The position numbers were made by a program, and so were the translations under genes. This document shows positions 20,304 to 31,348 of a DNA stretch of 64,000 bases, in pieces. This DNA is from an uncultured Campylobacter sp. Its GTDB lineage: Bacteria > Campylobacterota > Campylobacteria > Campylobacterales > Campylobacteraceae. Location: assembly GCF_937980635.1 (NCBI RefSeq), contig NZ_CALJPG010000022.1, positions 38,516-102,515 on the forward strand, in the 5' to 3' direction. Within the stretch, counting starts at the first letter, position 1. Each line of letters opens with the position of its first letter. The notes beneath the pieces were generated by a model that was not told the DNA's origin, did not search any database, and saw only the letters and a program-made list of their open reading frames with translations.

Positions 20304-20681
20304 TTACGCTTCCTTGGCGCCGAATTCTATCACAGCCTCCTCCTCGCCGAACCACATCACGGAATTTTTGATATCGCAAAACCTCACCTCATCTGCCATC
20401 AGCTCCGCTAGCACCGCTCGCGCCGCCTCACTGTTTCGCGCATCCGCAAATGCCTGCACGCTCTCATACCACAGCTCGCCCATCGCATCGTAGTCAAACG
20501 CTGCCGTCTCGCGCTCGGTGCTCTGTCCCTCGATAAAGATAGGCATAGTTTTTGCATAGCGGACGATATTTAGCGCCTTTTGATTAGCCAAAACCTTTTG
20601 CGAATGCGCCGCCCAGTGCGCCACAAACTCCTGCTGCGTGATTCCAGGCGCCTTTTTCACCAACATCGTGATCTTAAACAT
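20304..20681 (-). CDS. EthD domain-containing protein
   Basis: MFKITMLVKKAPGITQQEFVAHW... matches the typical EthD N-terminus and size (125 aa). Confidence 0.7.
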   Translation of the reverse strand: MFKITMLVKKAPGITQQEFVAHWAAHSQKVLANQKALNIVRYAKTMPIFIEGQSTERETAAFDYDAMGELWYESVQAFADARNSEAARAVLAELMADEVRFCDIKNSVMWFGEEEAVIEFGAKEA

Positions 20682-21125
20682 AACCGCTCCCTAAATGAAA
20701 TTTATCGCAAAATTTACGCCCTATTTTATGATACCCGCGCCTTTTTGCGATTTTTACTTCACGTTCTTTGCGTCTAAATAGACCTTGCAAAAACTTAAAA
20801 TAGCAACCGTGCACGCTATCACAGATCGCCAAAATACATAAACCTCGCCGATTAAAACTTAAATCGCCGTCAATCTCCACTCGGTTTAACCACCTAAAGC
20901 GTCATTTACGGCTACCGCCAAAATAAATTCCGCAGGCTCTTTGCAGGCAAAGCAAAATTATATCAAGCTTTAGCGGGCGATGAAATTTTACCAATCTCTA
21001 ACAAGCATAAAATTCCGTCCGTTTAGGCGGGCAAGATAAAATTTTGCGAGCATTAAGTGGTCGGCAAAACAGACGAGTGGCAATTCTCTCTTACGTCGCC
21101 GCGTGTAAATTACGTTGCTACGCGC

Positions 21126-21518
21126 CTAACCCTTGCTTGCCAAAAACCTCTGCAAAATTATCGTCGCGGCGATGCTATCAAAGCGCGGATCCTTGCCGCC
21201 CCCCTTAGCGCTTTTGCTCGCAAACTCCGCCGCTTCGGCGCTCGAAAAGCTCTCGTCTTGAAATTTTATCTCGCCGTCAAAATCCAGCAGCGAGGCGAAG
21301 TGGCGTATGCGCCTGCTCATCTCCTCCTCGCTTGCCCCGCCGCGCGGCACGCCAAGCACCAGCACGCTGGCACCCTTTTCGCGCAGCAGTTCGCTTAGCT
21401 CGCGCGCGGCTTGGGTGCGATTTTTGCGCAGGATCGGCTCGCACGGAAGCGGCGTCTTATCATCCGGTGCCGCCGCCACGCCGATACGTTTAAGCCCAAG
21501 ATCAATCGCAACTATCAA
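21126..21518 (-). CDS. ruvX: Holliday junction resolvase-like protein RuvX/YqgF
   Basis: MIVAIDLGLKRIGVA... and LVLGVP...G...E motifs; 130 aa. Confidence 0.9.
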   Translation of the reverse strand: MIVAIDLGLKRIGVAAAPDDKTPLPCEPILRKNRTQAARELSELLREKGASVLVLGVPRGGASEEEMSRRIRHFASLLDFDGEIKFQDESFSSAEAAEFASKSAKGGGKDPRFDSIAATIILQRFLASKG

Positions 21519-22163
21519 AATTTATCCTTTGCTAACATCAAATTTTGCGGAATTCCGCCATTAAAATTCTATCGCCGAAATTCCGCGATCGGAATTTCAT
21601 AGCTAAATTTTATCGCAGAATTTAGCTGCGGATTTATGAAATTTTATACGAAATTGACATAAATTTCACTCGCTCGCGGCGCTTGCGAGCCTATTAATTT
21701 ATCGTCCGCAAGCTTCAAATTTCAAAATTTCGATCGCCACGCCGGCTTGGTACATCTGCACTGAGTCCGCGCGAGCCGCATGTAAGCGACACTCAAACGC
21801 ACGACGGACATAAACCCTGCCGCACAGATACGGACGCGATCGACGCACCCCGCGCGAAATTAAAATTTTAAAATGGGTCCGCATCTGCACGACGACCGAA
21901 CGCAAGCTCGCCTCATCGTTAGTAAAATTCTGTCGCCACAACCAAAATTTTTCCTTGCAGCAAATTTAGCCTACCACGCTTATGCTGAAATCCGCAGCCA
22001 AATTTACCCACAAAAAATTAGCACGATGGGCAAACAAACATTTAAACGCTATTTCAGAAAATTTCATGCATTTTAACGCTTAAATTCTGCGCCGAAAAGT
22101 ATTTATAAATCGCGCGCGGCATTCACAAACCGATCATTACCACAAACGAGCGGCGGCGCACGG

Positions 22164-22185
22164 ACAAACCACGCGGGTTTGTTTT
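22164..22185 (+). terminator. orphan rho-independent terminator-like hairpin
   Basis: ACAAACC-acgcg-GGTTTGT followed by TTT. It lies in the 0.8 kb ruvX-dprA spacer with no plus-strand ORF upstream. Confidence 0.35.
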
Positions 22186-22335
22186 AAGCTCAAGTGCTAC
22201 TTGTAGAAAGTAAAATTTTATCAAGCCGCCTTTTTCTAAATTTAAACTCCGACCGCGCAGACTACGCGCAGTGCAAACAAGCCGCACTAGCGGGCGGCGC
22301 CGATTAAACTACGGCAATCAAACGCCGATCATCGG

Positions 22336-23124
22336 CTATTTTGCCACGATCTTTGCGCCTAAAATTTCGATCCTACCTTCAAGCTCGTATTCGTAAATTT
22401 TCTCTCCGAAGCGCTCGATCGCCGCTTGCAAATCGGAATTTAGAGCTAAAAATTCCATCACCTCATCCTGCGCGCGCTCAGTGTTTTGCGGCGTCTGCGG
22501 AGCCAAAGACGCGACAAACTCCCCAAAATCCGCGATCAGTCGCGCCTGAGATTTTGCGAGCAGATCATTCGTGCCCGCGCTCTCGTCCATTCGGTGCGGC
22601 AGCACGTACACGGGCACGCCCATCTCGCGAGCCAGGCGCGCACTTTGCAGCGAGCCGCTGCGGGGCTCTGCCTGAGCGACGATAAGCGCTTCGGACAGTG
22701 CCACGACGATACGGTTGCGCTGCAAAAACTGAAATCCGCGCGCGCTCACGCCGTCCTCATACTCGCTAAGCGCGAGGCTACGCTCGTAAATTTTGCTGAT
22801 CATGGCGGCGTTTTGCGCGGGATAAATTTGATCAAGGCCGTTTCCAAAAACCGCGATCGTGTTTGGAAACGCCCCTTCGTGCGCGGCTATGTCGCAGCCG
22901 ATCGCCGCGCCGCTTACGACGCAAAAGTCCGCATTGCTTAGCTCGCGCGCGAGACGCAGGATCAAATTTTTGCTATAAACGCTCATCTTGCGCGACCCCA
23001 CGATCGAGATGCGGCGCTTTTGAAGCAGCGCCGGCTCGCCCCTAAAATATAGCTGCGCAGGCTCGCTCGCACCGAGCCTTGCTAGGCTTGGAATTTTAAA
23101 ACTAAGCTCACTCGTAGTACTCAT
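22336..23124 (-). CDS. dprA: DNA processing/protecting protein DprA (short epsilonproteobacterial form)
   Basis: ISIVGSRK.S.Y....L.REL......VVSG.A.G.DIAAH.GA Rossmann-like DprA core. Confidence 0.9.
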   Translation of the reverse strand: MSTTSELSFKIPSLARLGASEPAQLYFRGEPALLQKRRISIVGSRKMSVYSKNLILRLARELSNADFCVVSGAAIGCDIAAHEGAFPNTIAVFGNGLDQIYPAQNAAMISKIYERSLALSEYEDGVSARGFQFLQRNRIVVALSEALIVAQAEPRSGSLQSARLAREMGVPVYVLPHRMDESAGTNDLLAKSQARLIADFGEFVASLAPQTPQNTERAQDEVMEFLALNSDLQAAIERFGEKIYEYELEGRIEILGAKIVAK

Positions 23125-24298
23125 AAATTTCGTCCAAATACACTAAATCGACCTCGCCTAGGATGTCGGCGCTGTTTGCAAGCGCGCGCAGAGTGGAGCT
23201 TTTGGGATGGCCGATAGCGATGGCGTAACCCTGCTTTTTAGCAAGCGCGACGGCCTCGCGCAGCTTTTTGCGCACCGCGGCGACGCTGTTTTGATTATCT
23301 AAAAATACGTCGCGATGTACGTATCGCATGCCAAGCCCATTCATCGCCGCTTTGGCCTTGGTAGCGGGGCTCGTGCGAGAGTCGATAAATAAAAATCCAT
23401 GCTCGTTCATCGCGCGCAGCAGATTTTGCATCGCGCGCTCGTCGGCGGTAAATTTAGAACCGGTGTGGTTGTTTATAAATTTAGCGTTCGGAAAGTCCGC
23501 GCGCAGCTTGGCTATGACGCCGCGCATCTTCTCGTAATTATCCGAAGCTCGCAGCGTCGCGGAGTTATTTTTAGCAGAGCTCGCCTCCATCGGCAGGTGG
23601 ATCGCGTAATGCTCAAAGCCGCGAGCGAGCGAGCGCGTGTCCTTGCGCTGATACTCGGACGGGAAGATGGACGGCGTCACGCGCACGGGCAGAGCGGCGA
23701 TCTTTTGCGCCTGCTCGCCGGTGCCTACGTCGTCGATGATGATCGCTAGCTTTGCGCGAGAGCCTGCGGGCAAAGCCTTGCGCGGCGATTTAGAAAGATC
23801 GTCCGCGCCGCTAGAAGCATGGCTTTGCGCGGTAGAATTTATGGAATTTTCTAAAGCGGAATTTGACGCGGTAAAATTTACATCAGGTCCGTCGCTCGCC
23901 GAATTTACGGTGGCGGAATTTGCGGAAGCGATAGAATTTACGGAATTTTGCAAATTGTCATTTGTAGGATTTTGTCTTGCGGAATTTTGCGAGGCAGGCT
24001 CTACGGGAAGCTTCGGCGCGGTTACATTTTGCTCGGCGATCTTATCAAGCTCCTTTTGAATCAGGGCTTCCTTCTGTGCAGCGCTTAAACGCGGCTTTTT
24101 ACCGCGAGAATCGGAAGCGCTCTTGGAGGCTTGTTTGCGTGAGCTTTGCTGCAACGCGGCTTTATTGCCCGAAAATACGAGATCCAAAACCGCGTAGGTA
24201 ATCGCACCGCTTAAAAAGCATAAGATTACGACAAAGGCGATCGCTATGTAATTGATCGGGCGCTTTTTGCGGCGCCCGCGTGGATTTGCATTAGCCAA
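23108..24298 (-). CDS. divergent polysaccharide deacetylase (YibQ-like) family protein
   Basis: N-terminal TM anchor, a long disordered linker, then AIIIDDVG..., H.PME and F.DS.TS motifs. Confidence 0.8.
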   Translation of the reverse strand: MANANPRGRRKKRPINYIAIAFVVILCFLSGAITYAVLDLVFSGNKAALQQSSRKQASKSASDSRGKKPRLSAAQKEALIQKELDKIAEQNVTAPKLPVEPASQNSARQNPTNDNLQNSVNSIASANSATVNSASDGPDVNFTASNSALENSINSTAQSHASSGADDLSKSPRKALPAGSRAKLAIIIDDVGTGEQAQKIAALPVRVTPSIFPSEYQRKDTRSLARGFEHYAIHLPMEASSAKNNSATLRASDNYEKMRGVIAKLRADFPNAKFINNHTGSKFTADERAMQNLLRAMNEHGFLFIDSRTSPATKAKAAMNGLGMRYVHRDVFLDNQNSVAAVRKKLREAVALAKKQGYAIAIGHPKSSTLRALANSADILGEVDLVYLDEIYEYYE

Positions 24299-24311
24299 AG
24301 CTCAGCCGAAA

Positions 24312-25385
<1,074 letters not shown>

Positions 25386-25472
25386 TTATGCAGATAAACC
25401 GCGCACCGCAAGGGCGGATAAAGAAATTTTGAGCTATCATTGAGACATAATTTAGCTTTAAAAGGAGCGAAA

Positions 25473-26450
25473 ATGAAAGTGGGATTTATCGGCGGCGGAA
25501 ATATGGGCGAGGCGATGATCGCAGCACTTTGCGGAGCCGGCGGACTAGATTGCGCGGCGAGCGGAGAAAATTTTGCAGAGGATAAAGAAAATTGCACGTC
25601 TGGCGGAGAAAATTCCGCGCACGACGGGCAAAATTTTATGCCAGATACTCAAAGCTTTGCGGCTTGCGGGCAGAATTCCGCAAATTTAGAGCAGAATTTT
25701 GCGAGCCGCGAGCGTGATTCCGCCTGCGCGCAGCCCACCTCCGATACGAAGTTTCAAGTCCTAGCTTATGCTAGAAGCAAAAACGAAGTCTTACGCAAGC
25801 GCTACGGCGTACAAATTTTACAAGGCGAGACGCAGGTGGCGCACGCGGCGGATATTATCGTGCTCGCGACCAAGCCCGCCAGCTACGAGGGGATTTTACG
25901 CCTAATCGCGCCTGAGCTCGCGGGCAAAATCCTGCTTCTTTTGGCGCCGAATTTCAAGCTGGAGCGTGCCCAAAATATCGTAGGTGCGGACGTTTTCGTA
26001 GCCCGCGCGATGCCAAACGTCGCCGCTGGCATCGGCGCGTCGGCTACGGCGCTGTGCTACGGCGAGTATTTTGATGAGGCTAGTCGGGAGATCGTGCGAG
26101 CTCTAGCCGCCAAAATTGGCAAATTTTACGAGATAGACGAGGCTGGCTTTGCTGCATTTACGGGGATTGCAGGTAGCCTACCTGCGTATGTGTGCGCCTT
26201 TATCGAGGCGGCGGCGGACGCGGGCGTGCGGGGCGGACTGCCGCGGGCGCTGTGCTACGACGCGGTAGCGGCGGCGGTAGAGGGCACGGCGCGCCTACTG
26301 CAAAGCGGCAAGCTCCCATCGGAGCTTAAAGACGCGGTCTGCTCGCCTGCGGGCACGACGATAGAGGGACTCGCAGCGCTGGAGGCGGCGGGGTTTCGCG
26401 CAGCGGTGATGGCGACGATCGAGGCGTGCATCACCAAAGCTCGCGGTTAG
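25473..26450 (+). CDS. proC: pyrroline-5-carboxylate reductase with ~75-aa insert after the dinucleotide-binding loop
   Basis: AAGGAG RBS then ATG. MKVGFIGGGNMGEAMI ... SPAGTTIEGL signature. Insert at about aa 20-95. Confidence 0.85.
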   Translation: MKVGFIGGGNMGEAMIAALCGAGGLDCAASGENFAEDKENCTSGGENSAHDGQNFMPDTQSFAACGQNSANLEQNFASRERDSACAQPTSDTKFQVLAYARSKNEVLRKRYGVQILQGETQVAHAADIIVLATKPASYEGILRLIAPELAGKILLLLAPNFKLERAQNIVGADVFVARAMPNVAAGIGASATALCYGEYFDEASREIVRALAAKIGKFYEIDEAGFAAFTGIAGSLPAYVCAFIEAAADAGVRGGLPRALCYDAVAAAVEGTARLLQSGKLPSELKDAVCSPAGTTIEGLAALEAAGFRAAVMATIEACITKARG

Positions 26451-27153
26451 CCTTTCACCGCACCTCGTCGGTTTCGGATTTCAAACATAGCGCGTTTGCG
26501 TTCGCTCTAACATAGGGATTCTGTGCGGGCGCGCTAGCTAGAATTTTGTCTTATTTTTAAATCAAATGAGCTTGCCGCTTTAGTTGCAGCAGAATTCGTG
26601 AGCCTTATGACAAGCGAGCCGGCAAGCTCGTATCGCATTTAAAATTTTAAAATTTAGAGATTTTAGAAATTTTAGTTTAAAATTTTACGCTTAAAATTTT
26701 AAATTTACAGGATTATAAATTTAGTGATCGCAACAGAGCTAAATTTTGATTTTAACGAAATAGGCTTGATGTCTGTGACCATTAAAATCAAAATTTAGCG
26801 TAGCATGAACGGATACGTCCACGACTGCGAACTTGAGAGGCAAAAACGTAAAAGCGGAATGCAAGCGCTAAAAGAGCGCGTCCTGCACTATGGTCTTGCG
26901 AAATACAAACGCAAGCCGCAAAATTTCGCCGCTCGCGTGAATAGAAAACCAAAACTAGCCGCGCCGAAGCGTATTTGATTACCAGAGCGAGCCGCATCGA
27001 AACATATTCCGCCGCCCAAGCGAGCCTTAAATTTAAACTGCGCTTCGTCGCCGAGCTGCAAACCAAACCTGTGCGCCAAATCCTGCCGAGTTGCGCAATA
27101 AATTTGACTTTCATCCGGCCAGAACTTCGCACGCAAAACCGCGATAAGCAAGA

Positions 27154-27792
27154 TCAGATAAATTCCTTCTCTAAAGGCTGCATCGCATTGCCGTCTGCGT
27201 CGAAAAGCACCCGCCCACAAACCTCGCAAACCTCATCTCTAGGAGAGGGCTCGTCCGCATCCAGCTGCCACGCGGACATCTCGCCGCACTCGCAGTTTAT
27301 GACGTAAAGGATCTGCCTTTTGCGGCGCTTGCCCCACGGCGCGATATCCCAAAACAGCTCTTCACGCTTGCCTAGCTTTTTAAAATCTTTCTCGGCGTCC
27401 TTGTGCGCGATAAGCAGATAATAAGCGTCGCTATGAAGCTCCAGAGTAAAGAGTCTAAAATCGCTCTTCTTCAGCGCCTTTTGAAACTCGTTCATCAAAA
27501 ATAGGCTCGCATCGCCGCGTTCGAAACCCTCTTTTTTCGCTTCTTTTTCGAGCCTTGCGTAAATTTTATCGCACTCTAGTGACACGCCGCTTTGCAGCGC
27601 ATCAAGCCTAGAGCTGATAAATTTGCCCACATCGCCCGTCTCGTCCTCGCCGGCCCAGTCAAGCATCCGAACAAGCCCTTTTCCGATAAGCGCGTTCAAA
27701 AACTCGCCGTCATTCATCTCGCCTATCTTGTCAAAACCGTCCGTCTCGCCTGCCGTCAGATGCTTTAGGACGCAACACTGATCTTTCGTCAT
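27154..27792 (-). CDS. hypothetical protein with C-terminal CxC...CxxC zinc-ribbon-like motif
   Basis: 212-aa ORF with a GGAG-containing leader. C-terminal NCECGEMS...VCEVCGRV. Confidence 0.6.
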   Translation of the reverse strand: MTKDQCCVLKHLTAGETDGFDKIGEMNDGEFLNALIGKGLVRMLDWAGEDETGDVGKFISSRLDALQSGVSLECDKIYARLEKEAKKEGFERGDASLFLMNEFQKALKKSDFRLFTLELHSDAYYLLIAHKDAEKDFKKLGKREELFWDIAPWGKRRKRQILYVINCECGEMSAWQLDADEPSPRDEVCEVCGRVLFDADGNAMQPLEKEFI

Positions 27793-27954
27793 TTTCGCTC
27801 CTTTGATTAAATTTACCGTCTATGTGGGTCTGTTTAAATTTTACTCCCAAAAAGCTTTAAGCTTACTTTTCGCAACTCCTTGCGCTGCAAATTTAGCTCG
27901 CGGCGGCGGGTAAAATTTCGCTATAATTTTGCCAATTTAACAAAGGAGAAAGTG

Positions 27955-28884
27955 ATGAGCGTAGAATTTCGCGTCAAAAACAAAAAGCGCCCGCTATTTA
28001 TGGGCTATTCGGACGCCATGAGCGTAGGCAAGACATTGGAGCTCCTGCCCGATCTATCGGTATTTGACATAGACGAGAGCGCCGAGGGCTTTGACGAAAG
28101 GGCGTTTTTAAAATCGCCTTTGAGCGAGCAGGAGTGCTTGATTTTGGGCGTGCGGGGCAAGAGCGGGCGCGGAATGGAGCTAAGATATGACGAGGAGCGG
28201 CAAAGCTACGCCGTGCGCATAAATACGCCCGCGACGGTATTTGATTGGGTTTTGGCGATCTCATATCTACAGGCGCTATCCAAGCAGCTGCAAAGCGAGA
28301 TCACGGATGAAAACGGCGAAATTTACACTCACGACAGGATAGAGCAATTCGACTACGAGCGCGATATAGCGGCGGGGCTACATTCGATAGATCAGCACTT
28401 AAGCGGCGATACGGAGGTAAATTTTTGCTACGGCGTAGAGAGGCCTTTTGCGATAAACCGCGCGATGATGGATGAAATTTTAGCCTCGTATAACCCCGCC
28501 GCCGAGTTTAGCAAGCGGCTGACCGAGGTGCAGTACCTTGGCGCTTACAGCGCGCACCAGAGGTTTTACCGAAATGGAGATGACGGCACGATAATGGGCT
28601 CATACGCGCTCACGCAGGACCTACCCACTATCCTGCCCTACAAACCGTTTGTGGAGTGGCAAAACGCGGAGATGCTGAAAAATAACGACGTAGCGCGCTG
28701 GCAGATCGCGCTCATAGGCATAGAGGGCGACGAAAACGACGCAGGTAACTACCATGCAATCGCCGAGCTGGAATACGACGAGTTTATCGCGCGCCTGCCG
28801 AAGCAAAACTACCGCTTCATCGATGCAAGCTATATTTTGGTGGATGGGCTAAGCACCGAGCAGCTAAAGGCGCTGGCAGGCTAA
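27955..28884 (+). CDS. hypothetical protein (DUF4299-like, tentative)
   Basis: AAGGAGA RBS then ATG 27955 (MSVEFRVKNKK...). Family assignment is from memory only. Confidence 0.55.
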   Translation: MSVEFRVKNKKRPLFMGYSDAMSVGKTLELLPDLSVFDIDESAEGFDERAFLKSPLSEQECLILGVRGKSGRGMELRYDEERQSYAVRINTPATVFDWVLAISYLQALSKQLQSEITDENGEIYTHDRIEQFDYERDIAAGLHSIDQHLSGDTEVNFCYGVERPFAINRAMMDEILASYNPAAEFSKRLTEVQYLGAYSAHQRFYRNGDDGTIMGSYALTQDLPTILPYKPFVEWQNAEMLKNNDVARWQIALIGIEGDENDAGNYHAIAELEYDEFIARLPKQNYRFIDASYILVDGLSTEQLKALAG

Positions 28885-29090
28885 ATTTTACTTGCGGTGA
28901 AATTATACAGAATTTTATCGAGGATTGACGCCGCAAAATTTAAAGGGGCGAAATTCGCGGTAAATTTTGCGGTGCACAGAATTTTAAAATTCTAAATCCA
29001 GCTTACAGAATTTTATATCGGTAAAATTTTAAGAAAGCAGAACTTTATCGCGGCAGAATTTCGTAGATATAAAATTTAGAAAGGTTAAAA

Positions 29091-29366
29091 ATGGAAATGA
29101 CTTATTATGATTTAAAAATTTACGATAACGGCACAATGCGAGGTGTACTGCAAGATGACATCGAGGCGTTGCCGTTTTTCGACTACTGGCAAAAGATGAG
29201 CCTATGCTCAACGCAAGGCATCTACATAGACGAAAATGGTAAAGAGCACAGGCTCGTCTATCTGCACGACTGGAAGAAATTTTGCAGATTATTCGCTCGC
29301 GAACAGGAGCTACTTAATCGCACCCTCGCCGGTAGCAAAAATGAGCGATCCGATCAGCGCATCTAG
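29091..29366 (+). CDS. small hypothetical protein
   Basis: 91-aa ORF with a weak RBS (aaaggt). Ordinary amino-acid composition. Confidence 0.4.
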   Translation: MEMTYYDLKIYDNGTMRGVLQDDIEALPFFDYWQKMSLCSTQGIYIDENGKEHRLVYLHDWKKFCRLFAREQELLNRTLAGSKNERSDQRI

Positions 29367-29551
29367 GTAAGTAGCATAGAAGCAATCCAGGCTTTAGCGC
29401 ATCTCGATAGGCGGTGGAGGATACGACCAAAGCGTAGCACATTTTGGCTGGCGGATAAATAGCACTCGAGCCGCCATGTATTTCGATAGGCGACAAGTAA
29501 TGCGCCCTCTCACAGTGCAAGCGGATTTTATCCGCCAAATAGCGTCGCGCG

Positions 29552-30532
29552 TTAATCAGCCAAAATCGCCGCTTCGCTTAAATCCGGGTTCAAGCTTAGC
29601 TCATCTATGACCCGCAAAAGCTCTAAAATTTCATTTTTGATCCCAGCGGCGTCCTCTAAGCTCGGCGGCGGCGAAAAGAGCGTTGTTTCAAACTTATTTT
29701 TCGCTCCGTTTAAAAATAGATAAAGCTTATCGTCCATAAACGCCGCGCTCAGCCCCATTTTCCCCGCGAATTTTTCCTTTAGCTCTCGCAGACGCTGCAT
29801 AAACGCGGGCATCAAAAGATAACGCGCCTCTACTCTATCATCCGCAAAGACCCTAAATTCTTTGCTAAAAAACAGGTCGTCCATCTGCTCTTTTTCGCCT
29901 AAAAATCTGGTGTTTAGCGTGCGGCTCGCGACTATAGTTTGTCCGTTAAATTTCTTGTAAAACTCGCAGACCAAGACCGAGCCGCTGAATGCCTGCATAT
30001 CCTTCATCGTCGACCACGCAAAAATTATCGCGGATAGCAAATTTAGCGCCGCCGAATCGCTTAGCTCCAGCGTCGCGCCGTTTGGGATATCGATCGCTTC
30101 GCTGAGGCTAAATTTGACGCCGTTATAAATGCCGCTGATTTGATCTTCTGCGCGAAATTCATCCGGCGAGTAAATGCCGATTTTGCGAAATTCCTTACGG
30201 CTGATGCCGGCAAACGGATCGTAGTTAAAATTTGGATCTACCCCGCGGATGGCGGCGCGGACGAAAACGTCTTTATAAAACGCTTTGTAGTCCCCCAGCT
30301 CGCTGGTCACTCGGCTAGCATTAGCCATTAGCGCGGCTAGAAAAAACGGAATATAGATAATGATGAAAAATAGCGGTGCAAGGCGATTTTCAAAAAGATG
30401 CCCTACGGCAAATCCGCCGCCCACGGGCAGTATAATTATAAATAAAATCCCCAAAAACAGATACTTTGCAAACGCGCGCCTGCACTCTTTTTGCTTTTTG
30501 GCGGTGACAACTATCGCTTCGTTTATATTCAA
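29552..30532 (-). CDS. DUF3137 domain-containing membrane protein
   Basis: Two N-terminal TM helices followed by a region resembling DUF3137 (recalled): ...ISGIYNGVKFSLSEA... FRVFADD...ARYLL.P.FM..L. Confidence 0.65.
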   Translation of the reverse strand: MNINEAIVVTAKKQKECRRAFAKYLFLGILFIIILPVGGGFAVGHLFENRLAPLFFIIIYIPFFLAALMANASRVTSELGDYKAFYKDVFVRAAIRGVDPNFNYDPFAGISRKEFRKIGIYSPDEFRAEDQISGIYNGVKFSLSEAIDIPNGATLELSDSAALNLLSAIIFAWSTMKDMQAFSGSVLVCEFYKKFNGQTIVASRTLNTRFLGEKEQMDDLFFSKEFRVFADDRVEARYLLMPAFMQRLRELKEKFAGKMGLSAAFMDDKLYLFLNGAKNKFETTLFSPPPSLEDAAGIKNEILELLRVIDELSLNPDLSEAAILAD

Positions 30533-30676
30533 AATTTACCTTTTTCTAAATTTGCGCGGCGGATTTCGCGCTCGGAGCAAATTTTAGCAAAATTTACGTT
30601 GCAAAGATACAGCGGGCGCGAGTAAATTTTATTCGGCGGATTTGTAAATCTATGAAATTTACGTCGAGGCGGCGAT

Positions 30677-31105
30677 CTACTCGGACGTGCGCTGATTTAG
30701 CCACATTTTAAGATTGCCCGCGCCCTCTTTTAGCACCCCAAATCCTGCCGCGGCGACACAGACAGAATTAATTAGCGAGCCCCTCCCGCCGACGTTTAAA
30801 ACCCCAAAGCCTACAATCCACAGCGCCGCGCCGAAACCAAGCGTACACACGGCAGTCGCGATCCCCAGCTTGCGGCGCAAGGGGCTTGGTTTGCGCGCTA
30901 CCCAAACTCGCGTAACTACGTAGCTGCCCGCGTATCCTCCGCGGATGAAATACGCGCGCGCAAGTTCGCCCTCCTCCACGGGGATATCGTTAAACTCGCC
31001 GCACAGCTTCACGCTGTCTATTTCGAAAAATACCCAAATTTTGCTATTTCCTCTTGCAGCGTGGACGCGGAGATTTTGAACCTCGCCCGTGATCTCATAT
31101 TCCAA
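30677..31105 (-). CDS. hypothetical membrane protein
   Basis: 142-aa ORF with a soluble N-domain and two predicted TM helices. GGAGG RBS upstream. Confidence 0.55.
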   Translation of the reverse strand: MEYEITGEVQNLRVHAARGNSKIWVFFEIDSVKLCGEFNDIPVEEGELARAYFIRGGYAGSYVVTRVWVARKPSPLRRKLGIATAVCTLGFGAALWIVGFGVLNVGGRGSLINSVCVAAAGFGVLKEGAGNLKMWLNQRTSE

Positions 31106-31348
31106 TTTACCTCCTCAAACAGCTTCGCGCTTTACTTCCGCGCTAAATTTCGCGCTGTAAAAACTCACAAATCCGTCGCGGCAATATCACAGGCAAGCCC
31201 ATCGCAAAAACCGATACCGCGCGACGAGCAGCGTAGATAGACGGTGCAAGGCGGATAGCACAATAGACACCATACGACAGACGGTGCACGGCGAGTAATA
31301 CAAAACAGATGCCTCGCGACGGATAATGTGCCCCGGGCTACTAAGCGC

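Noticed and set aside
20070-20411. 113-aa plus-strand ORF
   Set aside because: It overlaps the EthD gene's 3' end antisense and has no supporting features.
25440-25472. TTG-initiated 11-codon extension of proC
   Set aside because: An AAGGAG RBS sits directly before ATG 25473, and the conserved MKVGFIGGGNMG N-terminus starts there.
26805-27150. 57-aa basic ORF (26805-26978), plus an adjacent frame with a faint IS3 OrfA-like pattern (TYSAAQ..KFKLRFVAEL...INLTFIRPEL)
   Set aside because: There is no RBS, the resemblance is weak and from memory only, and there are no inverted repeats or OrfB remnant. This is too speculative to call a mobile-element relic.
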